Below are positions 18,220 to 26,736 of a stretch of 32,000 nucleotides of DNA, piece after piece (positions within the stretch are counted from its first letter, which is position 1; each line of letters starts with the position of its first letter). The stretch lies in NCBI RefSeq assembly GCF_900289195.1, contig NZ_OMOH01000001.1, positions 148,706 to 180,705 of the forward strand, given 5' to 3'. Both the position numbers and the translations under genes were made by a program. A model generated the notes under the pieces. That model worked only from the letters and a program-made list of their open reading frames with translations. It was not told where the DNA came from and made no database searches. This DNA is from Propionibacterium ruminifibrarum (GTDB lineage: Bacteria; Actinomycetota; Actinomycetes; Propionibacteriales; Propionibacteriaceae).

Positions 18220-18684
18220 GTGCCTGAGCGCATGAACGTGGAGAGCTTCAACCTGGACCACCGGAAGGTGTCCGCGCCCTTCATCAGGATCGCCGACGTG
18301 AAGGAACTGCCGGCCGGCGACGTGCTCACCAAGTACGACGTGCGCTTCTGCCAGCCCAACCGCGAGCACCTCGACATGGCGACAGTGCACTCCATCGAGC
18401 ACTCCTTCGCCGAGTGCGTGCGCAACCACAGCGACGCCGTCATCGACTTCGGACCGATGGGCTGCCAGACCGGTTTCTACCTGATCATGGCCGGTTCACC
18501 CGACGTATCCGCCACCTGCGAGCTGGTCGAACGCACCCTGCGTGACATCCTCGAACTGGCGGCCGTTCCCGCCGCCAACGAGATCCAGTGCGGGTGGGGC
18601 GCCCACCACAGTCTCGAAGGGGCACAGGGGGCCGCCGCCGCGATGCTCGCCCGCCGCGGCGAGTGGGAACAGGTCATGGCCTGA
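18220..18684 (+). CDS. luxS: S-ribosylhomocysteine lyase
   Basis: Motifs are FNLDHRKV, the metal site HSIEHSFAE (HxxEH) and [11 protein letters not shown]. The start is GTG 18220, or alternatively ATG 18232. Confidence 0.9.
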   Translation: MPERMNVESFNLDHRKVSAPFIRIADVKELPAGDVLTKYDVRFCQPNREHLDMATVHSIEHSFAECVRNHSDAVIDFGPMGCQTGFYLIMAGSPDVSATCELVERTLRDILELAAVPAANEIQCGWGAHHSLEGAQGAAAAMLARRGEWEQVMA

Positions 18685-18779
18685 CCGTCCTCGGCGGCGA
18701 GTACCGGCCCGGCACGAGGGCCAGGCTGACAGCACTTCCCGCGGCGCGCATGGCGTCCCGGGGCGAAAGGAGTCGTTCA

Positions 18780-19553
18780 ATGGCCGGCGTCACCAACGGG
18801 CCAGCACACATCGAGGCCATCGACCGTGCCCTGGTGCTGCTCGAGGACCTGTCGGAGGCCGGCGCCGGAGGGGCCTCCCTGGCCGACATCTGCGCTCGCG
18901 TCGGCATGAACAAGTCGACCGCCTATCGCGCCCTCACGACCATGCGTGGCCGCGACTACGTCCAGCAGGACCCGAGGACGGGCAACTACGGGCTCGGCCC
19001 CGCGGCACTGATGCTGTCGTCCCGGTACTTCGACGACGACGCCCTCGCCTCGGGGATGCACCCGGCGATCGTCGCCCTGTCCCGCGAGGTCGACGAACTC
19101 GTTCACCTCGGCGTCATGAAGGGCGACAAGATCGTCTACCTCGACAAGGTCGAGCCCTCCCGCACGATCAGGGTGTGGTCCGACATCGGCCGCACCGTCC
19201 CGGTCTGCAACACCGCGCTGGGTCGGGCCATCCTCGCCTTCACCGACGTCGAACGCCAACAGCTCTCCGCCTACATCCCGGCCGGCGCTGACGTGGGGCC
19301 CGAGCATCTGTGGCAGATGGTCGAATTCGCGAGGGAACGCGGGTACTCCTACGAGAACGAGGAGAACGAGCCGGGCATCGCCTGCCTCGGCGTGCCCCTG
19401 CTGCGCGGCGACCATCCGGTCGCCGCCCTGAGCGTGACGACCTTCGCGTCGACATTCACACCAGGGCGCCGGGCAGAACTGGTCCGGGCCATCGCGGACG
19501 TCGTCCCGCCGCTGCTGCCCGGCGGTCTCAGGCTGCCCGAACTGCGCGCCTGA
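18780..19553 (+). CDS. IclR-family transcriptional regulator (KdgR-like by context)
   Basis: The N-terminal wHTH is IDRALVLLEDL...SLADICARVGMNKSTAYRALTTM. The C-terminal effector domain is ...GRAILAF...YENEENEPGIACLGVPL. An AAGGAG RBS precedes ATG 18780, and the upstream part of the 18588 ORF is not coding-like. Confidence 0.85.
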   Translation: MAGVTNGPAHIEAIDRALVLLEDLSEAGAGGASLADICARVGMNKSTAYRALTTMRGRDYVQQDPRTGNYGLGPAALMLSSRYFDDDALASGMHPAIVALSREVDELVHLGVMKGDKIVYLDKVEPSRTIRVWSDIGRTVPVCNTALGRAILAFTDVERQQLSAYIPAGADVGPEHLWQMVEFARERGYSYENEENEPGIACLGVPLLRGDHPVAALSVTTFASTFTPGRRAELVRAIADVVPPLLPGGLRLPELRA

Positions 19554-19650
19554 ACCGGCGGGCGAGGCTCCCTTCGTCCGCGAGCACGCAGGGCCCACCG
19601 GGTGGGGTGCTCCTCGGCTGACATTCCGCCGCTTTCGGCGTACACTTCAA

Positions 19651-19684
19651 GTGTTTCATGCAGAAAACTGCATGTTTCATACAG
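19651..19684. promoter_or_regulatory. Candidate IclR/KdgR operator in the AT-rich eda-kdgK promoter region
   Basis: Two direct copies of (G/A)TGTTTCAT(G/A)CAG lie at 19651..19663 and 19672..19684, 21 bp apart. They overlap a perfect inverted repeat CATGCAG-AAAA-CTGCATG (19657..19674). A TAAAAT -10-like hexamer follows at 19685..19690. Confidence 0.5.
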
Positions 19685-19753
19685 TAAAATACTTACGAGT
19701 GTCTGGTTGTCACCCGCAGCACCAGGCCTCATGCACCGGAGGGATCATCAGAC

Positions 19754-20383
19754 ATGCGCGCGGACCTATCGACCATCACAGCCCACAGGATCATTCCCGT
19801 CGTCGTACTCAACAGCGCGGACCGAGCCGATGGCCTCGCCCAGGCCCTCGTCGAGGGCGGCCTGCCCGTCGCCGAGGTGACCTTCCGCACCGATGCGGCC
19901 GCCGAGTCCATCGCGATCATGGTCCGGCGCGGCGATGTCCTCGTCGGCGCCGGCACCGTTCTCGACGTCGAGCAGGTGCACCGCGCCCTTGACGCGGGCG
20001 CCGGCTTCATCGTCAGCCCCGGGTACAACCAGGCCGTCGTCGACGAGTGCCTCGGCCTCGGCGTTCCGGTCCTGCCCGGTACTGCGACTCCCTCCGACGT
20101 GACGGCCGCGGTCAATTCCGGTCTCGACACCGTCAAGTTCTTCCCCGCCGGAGCCTTCGGCGGAGCCCGGACCATCAAGGCCCTGTCCGGCCCCTTCCCG
20201 CAGGTGAGGTTCATCCCCACCGGCGGCGTCAGCGCCGAAACCGCGGGCGAATACCTCGCGCTCGACTGCGTCCCGGCCGTCGGCGGCTCCTGGATGGTTC
20301 CGGCCGGGCTCGTCGACGCCGGCGAATTCGACCAGGTAACCCGCCTCGTCTCCGAGTCCGTCGACGCGGTCAAGGCCTGTTGA
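19754..20383 (+). CDS. eda: 2-dehydro-3-deoxyphosphogluconate (KDPG) / 4-hydroxy-2-oxoglutarate aldolase
   Basis: The pattern is IIPVVVL...GGLPVAEVTFRT...VGAGTVL...GAGFIVSPG...PGTATPSDV...VKFFPA...FIPTGGV. Confidence 0.85.
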   Translation: MRADLSTITAHRIIPVVVLNSADRADGLAQALVEGGLPVAEVTFRTDAAAESIAIMVRRGDVLVGAGTVLDVEQVHRALDAGAGFIVSPGYNQAVVDECLGLGVPVLPGTATPSDVTAAVNSGLDTVKFFPAGAFGGARTIKALSGPFPQVRFIPTGGVSAETAGEYLALDCVPAVGGSWMVPAGLVDAGEFDQVTRLVSESVDAVKAC

Positions 20384-20397
20384 CGAGGAGCACCGAA

Positions 20398-21504
20398 ATG
20401 ACAGCAGATATCACCCTTCGTCCCGCCGCTCAGTGCGCCTTCGATGCCGCAGGCCTGGGCGAGGTCATGCTGCGGCTCGATCCCGGCGAGGGTCGCATCC
20501 GCACATCCCGCGTCTTCCACGCCTGGGAGGGCGGCGGCGAATACAACGTGGTCCGCGGCCTGCACAAGGTCTTCGGCCTGCGCTCCACCATCCTGACCAG
20601 CCTTGTCGACAACGAGATCGGACACCTGGTCGAGGACCTCATCGAACAGGGCGGTGTCGACACCTCACACATCACCTGGGTGGCCGGCGACGGTGTGGGA
20701 CGAACGGTGCGCAACGGCCTGAACTTCACCGAGCGCGGCTTCGGCGTCCGCGGCTCGGTCGGCGTCTCCGACCGTGGCGCCACCGCCATCGCCCAGGCCA
20801 GGGCCGGCGACTTCGACCTGGACGGGTTGTTCACCGGCGCAGGGGTGCGCTGGTTGCACACCGGCGGCATCTACGCCGCCCTGTCCGAACAGACCGCCCA
20901 GACCTGCATCGACGTCGTACGGGCGGCCCACGAGGCCGGCACCGTCGTCTCCTACGACCTGAACTACCGCCCGAGCCTGTGGCGAGCCATCGGAGGGCAG
21001 GCCCGCGCCCAGGAGGTCAACCGCGAACTCGCCAAGTACGTCGACGTCATGATCGGCAACGAGGAGGACTTCACGGCCGCACTCGGTTTCGAGGTCGAGG
21101 GCGTGGACGAGGACCTCACCGACCTGCCCGTCGACAAGTTCGGAGCCATGATCGAATCCGTCGCCGACGCCTACCCGAACTTCAAGGTCATCGCGACCAC
21201 CCTGCGCGGTGTACGGTCGGCCTCCAGCAACGACTGGGGGGCCCTGGCCTGGAGCAGGCAGGACGGTCTGGTCCAGGCGACCCAGCGCGACGCCATGGAG
21301 ATCTTCGACAGGGTCGGCGGCGGCGACTCCTTCGCGTCCGGCCTCGTGTACGGGCTGCTGAGCGAGGAGCCCCTGCAGACCTGCGTCGAGTACGGTGCGG
21401 CCCACGGCGCGCTGGCCATGACCACCCCGGGCGACACCTCCATGGCCTCCAAGGCCGAGGTGTTCAAGCTGGCCGGCGGGGGCAACGCCCGGGTCGACCG
21501 CTGA
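20398..21504 (+). CDS. kdgK: PfkB-family sugar kinase, probable 2-dehydro-3-deoxygluconokinase
   Basis: GEVMLRL...GGGEYNVVRGL... together with the C-terminal DRVGGGDSFASGLVYGLL and GAAHGALAMTTPGDT are PfkB signatures. It is adjacent to eda. Confidence 0.75.
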   Translation: MTADITLRPAAQCAFDAAGLGEVMLRLDPGEGRIRTSRVFHAWEGGGEYNVVRGLHKVFGLRSTILTSLVDNEIGHLVEDLIEQGGVDTSHITWVAGDGVGRTVRNGLNFTERGFGVRGSVGVSDRGATAIAQARAGDFDLDGLFTGAGVRWLHTGGIYAALSEQTAQTCIDVVRAAHEAGTVVSYDLNYRPSLWRAIGGQARAQEVNRELAKYVDVMIGNEEDFTAALGFEVEGVDEDLTDLPVDKFGAMIESVADAYPNFKVIATTLRGVRSASSNDWGALAWSRQDGLVQATQRDAMEIFDRVGGGDSFASGLVYGLLSEEPLQTCVEYGAAHGALAMTTPGDTSMASKAEVFKLAGGGNARVDR

Positions 21505-21533
21505 GCCCGGCCCGGTGGGGCCGGGTCGTGTTC
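21505..21533 (+). terminator. Putative intrinsic terminator after kdgK
   Basis: The stem GCCCGGCCC-GGTG-GGGCCGGGT is followed by CGTGTTC, which is a weak U tract. Confidence 0.4.
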
Positions 21534-21666
21534 AGCGGCCTCGTGCTCCGTGCCCCTGGCCGGGCCCCTTCGGGGAAGAGCCCGCCGTCGAGTCCGGTCC
21601 GATCGGCCTGCGGTGAACGGCGCGTCCGGTGCGGGCGAGCGTCGGAGCCGATGAGAAGATCCTTCG

Positions 21667-23253
21667 GTGAACTCCCCGCAGAGCGCCAGAACCCGCGTGG
21701 AACGCGTTCACGTCGACAGGCGCAGGTGGTGGGGGCTCGTCGTCCTCAGCGTCGCGCTGCTCATGGCGTCGATGGACAACACGATCCTCAACATCGCCCT
21801 GCCGACACTGGCCCGTGAACTGCACGCCACGAACGACGCCCTGCAGTGGACGGTGGACGCCTACCAGCTCACCTATGCCGGTTTCCTGCTGGTCGCGGGC
21901 GGCCTCGTCGACCGCTGGGGACGCAAACGCACCTTCATGACGGGCGTGGTGCTGTTCGGAGTGTGCTCGATCGCCGCCGGGCTGGCCCGTGGCGCGGCCA
22001 TGCTCATCGCGGCACGGGCCCTCACCGGCGTCGGCGCGGCCCTGCTCACACCGTCGACCCTGGCCGAGGTCTCTGTGCTCTTCCGCCGCCCGGCCGAGCG
22101 GACGACGGCCTTCGCCATCTGGTCGGCGGCGAACGGCGCCGGCGCCGCAGCCGGCCCGCTGCTGTCCGGCGCTCTCCTCGAACACTCCACCTGGTCGGCC
22201 ATCTTCCTCATCAACGTGCCACTGGCCGCGTTCTGCGTCGCGGCCGGCGCCGTTCTGCTGCCGCACGCCGCACCCGACCGCGCCGACGAGCACATCGACT
22301 GGTCGGGCGCCATCGCCTCCACCATCGGCCTGTCCGTGCTGTGCTGGGCCGTCATCTCGGCGCCCGGCCTGGGGGCCAGATCACCGCTCGTGATCGGCGC
22401 ATTCCTCGTCGGTCTGGCCGTGCTCGGCCTCTTCCTCCAAGGACAGAGGCGGGTCAGGGCGCCGCTGGTCGACCTGACATTGTTCAGACGGCGTCGCTTC
22501 ACCGTCGCGGTCGCCGTCTCCGGCCTGGTCACCGGTGGGGGAGCGGGCGCCCTGTTCGTGCTGGCCCAGTACATGCAGTACGTGCTGACGTTCACGCCGT
22601 GGCAAGCCGGTATGGCAATCATGCCGGTCGCCGCCTGCATGCTCATCGGCGCCGTCTGCGCGCCGAGACTGCTCGGCGCGATCGGGATCAAACGCATCGT
22701 CGTCACAGGCCTCGTCCTGGTCACCTGCGGTTTCGCCGGCCTGGCCATGACGGCGTCGTCCATGGCCTACTCGCACCTCGTCGTCGGTGCCTGTGCCTTC
22801 GGGCTGGGCGCCGGCATGCTCATGCCCGCCGCCACCCAGGCCGTCATGGACTCCCTGCCCGCCGGCTCCGAGGGAGAGGGCTCGGCCGTCAACAGTGCGC
22901 TCATGCAGGTGGGCAGTGCTCTCGGTGTGGCCGTCATCGGCAGCCTGCTGGCCTCCGCCTACCGGGCCGGTCTCGAGGGCAGAGCAGTGGTCGGCGGCTT
23001 GGACGAGGCGACTCGTGAGACGGTCCTGAGCTCTGCCGGTGAGGCCTTCGCCATGGCCATGGACGGCATGGACGAGCTGCTCGCCGCCATGCGTGAGGCC
23101 TTCTGCGCCGGCACGACCCTCGGGCTGGGGGTGTGCGCCGGTGTCGTCGCCACGGCAGCCGTCGCGGTCGTCGTCCTGTATCCCGCCCACCAGGGGACGG
23201 GGGACACCTCGACGGGGCCCGCGCAGCCCCACAGCAGCGCGGAACACGCCTGA
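21667..23253 (+). CDS. MFS transporter, DHA2 (EmrB/QacA-like, about 14 TMS) efflux family
   Basis: MDNTILNIALPTLAREL...LQWTVDAYQLTYAGFLLVAGGLVDRWGRKRTF is the DHA2 signature region. The protein is 528 aa and hydrophobic throughout. Confidence 0.8.
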   Translation: MNSPQSARTRVERVHVDRRRWWGLVVLSVALLMASMDNTILNIALPTLARELHATNDALQWTVDAYQLTYAGFLLVAGGLVDRWGRKRTFMTGVVLFGVCSIAAGLARGAAMLIAARALTGVGAALLTPSTLAEVSVLFRRPAERTTAFAIWSAANGAGAAAGPLLSGALLEHSTWSAIFLINVPLAAFCVAAGAVLLPHAAPDRADEHIDWSGAIASTIGLSVLCWAVISAPGLGARSPLVIGAFLVGLAVLGLFLQGQRRVRAPLVDLTLFRRRRFTVAVAVSGLVTGGGAGALFVLAQYMQYVLTFTPWQAGMAIMPVAACMLIGAVCAPRLLGAIGIKRIVVTGLVLVTCGFAGLAMTASSMAYSHLVVGACAFGLGAGMLMPAATQAVMDSLPAGSEGEGSAVNSALMQVGSALGVAVIGSLLASAYRAGLEGRAVVGGLDEATRETVLSSAGEAFAMAMDGMDELLAAMREAFCAGTTLGLGVCAGVVATAAVAVVVLYPAHQGTGDTSTGPAQPHSSAEHA

Positions 23254-23309
23254 GCGCCCCCTTCCCCGCCCCCGCGCACTCGCCGGGTGTGGTGGATCGC
23301 CGGTGGGGA

Positions 23310-23535
23310 TATATAGTTTTCTCGGCAACCAAACGTGCCCGGGGTCGGTGGAAATCCGAACCGGCGGTAAAGCCCGCGAACCAGCCCAGCTGGCCGAACC
23401 GGTGAGATTCCGGTGCCGACGGTCACAGTCCGGATGGGAGAGCACGTGCAGGCCCACGGGGTCGGCGTCGGCATGCGCCGAGCCACTGATCCTGCGCTTC
23501 GCCCGCACCCCGGTCACGACAGCGTGACGGGGAGA
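23310..23535 (+). promoter_or_regulatory. Cobalamin-riboswitch-like leader (aptamer plus expression platform)
   Basis: ACCGGTGAGATTCCGGTGCCGACGGTCACAGTCCGGATG resembles the GGTGxxAxTCC hairpin plus the ACGGTnAnAnTCCGnATG core of cobalamin aptamers. A B12-box-like GAGCCACTGATCCTGC lies at 23480..23496. Several local stems are visible: CGGT/ACCG, GCGG/CCGC and CCAGC/GCTGG. A downstream hairpin at 23508..23532 overlaps the GGGGAG upstream of ATG 23546. A TATAGT -10-like hexamer lies at 23312..23317. The call is made from memory of consensus sequences, with no covariance-model search. Confidence 0.5.
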
Positions 23536-23545
23536 TGCACGACGG

Positions 23546-24451
23546 ATGAGGACGATCAAGGCCAACAGGGCGCCGGCGCCGCTTGTCGTGCGTATCGGTG
23601 CACCGGTCCTCGTGTTCTGCGTCCTGCTCGTCGCCTGGCAGCTCGTCGTCTCCTCGGGCGCCGTCCCGTCGGCCCTGCTGCCCGCCCCGGGTCAGGTGCT
23701 TGCCCGCCTGGTCAGTGACCTGAGGGCCGGCTTCCTGGTGCAGCGCACCCTCGTGACGATCTGGGAGGCGATCCTCGGTTGCGCGCTCGCCATGGTCGTG
23801 GCCCTGCCGATCGGCTATCTGATCGCCCATGCCCGCCCGGCCGAGGCTGCGTTCTCGCCGTACCTGGCGGCCTCGCAGGCGATCCCAGCAGTGGCGATCG
23901 CCCCCCTGCTGGTCATCTGGGTGGGCTACGGCCTGCTGCCGATCGTGCTGCTGTGCGCCCTGCTCGTCTTCTTCCCGCTCGTGCTGTCGACCACGCTGGG
24001 GATCCGCACCGTCGATGACGAGATCACCGAGGCCGCCGAACTCGACGGCGCCTCGGGCTGGTCGATGATCGCTCACATCGAAATGCCGATGGCCCGGTCG
24101 GCGATCCTCACCGGCATCCGCAACGGCTTCACGCTGTCTATCACCGGTGCCGTGGTCGGTGAGTTCGTCATGGGCGGCAAGGGCCTCGGCATGATCGTCT
24201 CGGTGGAGTCGGCCACCGCCGACACCACCGGCCTGTTCGCCACGCTCATCGTCCTGTGCGCGCTCGCCGTCGTCATCTACATGGCGCTGGTCCTGGCCGA
24301 GCACCTCACCGACCCCTGCCGCACGCGTGCCGGTGAACGCGCCGAACCCGGGGCCGACGACGCCGAGTCGCTGCCGGCGACCACCGCCCTGATCCCACCT
24401 GCCGTCCCCGAACTCGATGCCCGAACCGCCGACAAGGAGCTGATCGCATGA
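23546..24451 (+). CDS. ABC transporter permease (NitT/TauT/ThiX-like, BPD_transp_1)
   Basis: There are six hydrophobic segments and an EAA-like loop (ITEAAELDGASGWSMIAHIEMPMARSAILTGI). Confidence 0.8.
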   Translation: MRTIKANRAPAPLVVRIGAPVLVFCVLLVAWQLVVSSGAVPSALLPAPGQVLARLVSDLRAGFLVQRTLVTIWEAILGCALAMVVALPIGYLIAHARPAEAAFSPYLAASQAIPAVAIAPLLVIWVGYGLLPIVLLCALLVFFPLVLSTTLGIRTVDDEITEAAELDGASGWSMIAHIEMPMARSAILTGIRNGFTLSITGAVVGEFVMGGKGLGMIVSVESATADTTGLFATLIVLCALAVVIYMALVLAEHLTDPCRTRAGERAEPGADDAESLPATTALIPPAVPELDARTADKELIA

Positions 24452-25446
24452 CCCATTCCCGCTTCCGCCGCCTGTGGCAGGCCCTGCTCCTGGCCCTGGG
24501 ACTGACACTCGTCGTCTCGGCCTGCTCCGGCGCCGACTCGTCCACCGCAGACACCGGTGGCGACGAGATCGTGGTCGGCCTGACCTACACCGCCGACATC
24601 CAGTTCTCACCGTTCTACGTGGCGGCCGAGAAGGGCTACTTCGCCGATGAGGGGCTCACCGTGACACTGCGCCATCACGGCACGTCGGAGTCCCTGCTCG
24701 GCGCCCTGCAGTCCGGTGACGAGGACGTCGTCTACGCCGGCGGCGACGAGATGATGGTCAACCGCGCCCAGGGCATCGACGTCGTCGACTTCGCCACGAT
24801 CTACCAGAGCTACCCCGGCGAACTCATCGTCCCCGCCGACTCGGCCATCGGCTCCCTCTCCGACCTGAAGGGCCACTCGATCGGCGTCCCCGGCGAGTAC
24901 GGGGAGACCTGGTACACCCTCCTGGCCCTGCTCGACGAGGCCGGCTTGAGCCGTGAGGACGTCGACATCCAGACCATCGGGTTCACCCAGCAGTCAGCCC
25001 TCATGACCGGCAAGGTCGATGCCGTCGTCGGTTTCGCGAACAATGACGCCGTCCAGTTCCGCCAGGCCGGCTTCGACATCCGAGAGATCCCCCCGAGCCC
25101 GGACACCCCTCTGGTCGGTCTCGGCCTGGGCGCCATGGCCGCGACCGTCTCCGAGCGAAGCGCCGACCTGACCGGGCTGCTCAATGCCCTGGAACGTGCC
25201 GCTGATGACTGCATCGCCGACCCGGACGAGGCCGTCGAGCTGTCCGCCAGGTACATCACGACGCTCACCGACGACGAGCAGCGGGCGAAGGCCAAGGCCA
25301 CCCTCGAGGCGACCAACGCCCTGTACGGCGATGACTTCGGCAGGCAGGACTGCGACACCTGGGCCGCCATGAGCACCTTCCTGGCCGAGAAACAGATCAC
25401 GGCCGAGGCCGTCGATCCCGGACGGGCCCACACCATGCTGGGGTGA
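24448..25446 (+). CDS. ABC transporter substrate-binding lipoprotein, NMT1/THI5-like
   Basis: A signal peptide with the lipobox LVVSAC|S is followed by LTYTADIQFSPFYVAAEKGYFADEGL...LKGHSIGVPG...GKVDAVVGFANND. The start overlaps the permease stop (ATGA). Confidence 0.75.
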   Translation: MTHSRFRRLWQALLLALGLTLVVSACSGADSSTADTGGDEIVVGLTYTADIQFSPFYVAAEKGYFADEGLTVTLRHHGTSESLLGALQSGDEDVVYAGGDEMMVNRAQGIDVVDFATIYQSYPGELIVPADSAIGSLSDLKGHSIGVPGEYGETWYTLLALLDEAGLSREDVDIQTIGFTQQSALMTGKVDAVVGFANNDAVQFRQAGFDIREIPPSPDTPLVGLGLGAMAATVSERSADLTGLLNALERAADDCIADPDEAVELSARYITTLTDDEQRAKAKATLEATNALYGDDFGRQDCDTWAAMSTFLAEKQITAEAVDPGRAHTMLG

Positions 25447-25566
25447 GGCCCCGCAACACGACCGGCTTCTGCCCGTGCTGGCCGTGGACGGTCCCGGCTA
25501 GAGTTGAGCCGCGAACCAGTGCCGCAGCCCGTGGTTCGTGAACCGGAGCACATCAGGAGTGAGTCC

Positions 25567-26736
25567 ATGACATCGGCCGAGCCCAGGACGCTCGTCGAGA
25601 CGAAGAGGATCCGTCTGTTCGACGAGGACAGGCCACTCGACTTCGTGCGGGGCGGCCGGCTGACCGACGTCACAGTCGCCTACGAGACCTACGGTGCCCT
25701 GAACAAGGCCCGTGACAACGCCGTCTACATCTGCCACGCCCTCACCGGCGACGCCCATGCGGCCTTCTGGCACGAGGGCGACACCCATCCGGGCTGGTGG
25801 GATGTCATGATCGGGCCGGGCAAGGCCATCGACACCGACCGGTGGTTCGTCATCGCATCGAACATCCTCGGCGGCTGCCAGGGCACCACCGGCCCCTCGG
25901 ACCTCGACCCCGCCACGGGCGAACCATATGGCCTGAACTTCCCGCTGATCGACATGCACGACTTCGTCACGGTGCACCGCGCTCTCCTGGCCGCTCTCGG
26001 CGTGGACCACCTGCATGCCGTCGTCGGCGGCTCCCTCGGCGGCATGCAGGTGCTCGACTGGTCCCTGACCCACCCCGAGGACATGGACCAGGCCGTCATC
26101 GTGGCCGCATCCAGCCGCCTGACCGCGCAGAACATCGCCTTCAGCGCCGTCGGACGTGAGGCGATCATGCGGGACGAGAACTTCTACGACGGCCGCTTCG
26201 CCGCGCACGACGTCAACCCCACGGTCGGGCTGGCCGTGGCGCGCATGATGGCGCACATCACGTACACGAGCGAGGAGGGCTTCGAGGAGAAGTTCGCCCG
26301 GCGTCCCCAGTTCGACGCCCGGCATCCCGGTTTCGGCGTCGACTTCGCCGTCGAGAGCTATCTGGACCACCAGGGCAGCGTCTTCGTGAACCGTTTCGAC
26401 GCCCTCACCTACCTGTACCTGACGCGCGTCATGGACTACTTCGATCCCTTCGCCGACCCGACCGCCATGGACAAGGTCGCCCGGACCGCCCTGAAGTACC
26501 TCGTCATGAGCTTCGACTCCGACTGGCGTTTCGGCACCGCCCACTCCCGACGCATCGTCCGCCGGCTGCAGTCACGCGGGCTGCCGGTCAGTTTCCGCGA
26601 GATCAGTGCGCCGTGGGGCCACGATTCCTTCCTGATGAAGATCGACCCCTATCTCGACACCGTCCGAGCCTTCCTCGAGCAACCGGCGAAACCGAAACCG
26701 AGCATCTACCGTCGACGTCTGGGGAGGCACCACTGA
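25567..26736 (+). CDS. metX: Homoserine O-acetyltransferase
   Basis: The pattern is NAVYICHALTGDAH...WWDVMIGPGKAIDTDRWFVIASNILGGCQGTTGPS...VVGGSLGGMQ...SFDSDWRF...SAPWGHDSFL. An AGGAG RBS precedes ATG 25567. Confidence 0.9.
   Translation: MTSAEPRTLVETKRIRLFDEDRPLDFVRGGRLTDVTVAYETYGALNKARDNAVYICHALTGDAHAAFWHEGDTHPGWWDVMIGPGKAIDTDRWFVIASNILGGCQGTTGPSDLDPATGEPYGLNFPLIDMHDFVTVHRALLAALGVDHLHAVVGGSLGGMQVLDWSLTHPEDMDQAVIVAASSRLTAQNIAFSAVGREAIMRDENFYDGRFAAHDVNPTVGLAVARMMAHITYTSEEGFEEKFARRPQFDARHPGFGVDFAVESYLDHQGSVFVNRFDALTYLYLTRVMDYFDPFADPTAMDKVARTALKYLVMSFDSDWRFGTAHSRRIVRRLQSRGLPVSFREISAPWGHDSFLMKIDPYLDTVRAFLEQPAKPKPSIYRRRLGRHH

Noticed and set aside
23300-23500. A SAM (SAM-I/SAM-IV) or TPP riboswitch instead of a cobalamin one, considered because of the downstream metX-metW and the NMT1/THI5-like protein
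   Set aside because: There is no CTGAGA/ACCTGA TPP core. Only fragmentary resemblance to SAM-IV (GGCAACC, GTGCCCGGGGT) is present. The GGTGAGATTCC...GACGGTCACAGTCCGGATG block and a B12-box-like element fit cobalamin aptamers better. This remains unverified without a covariance-model search.
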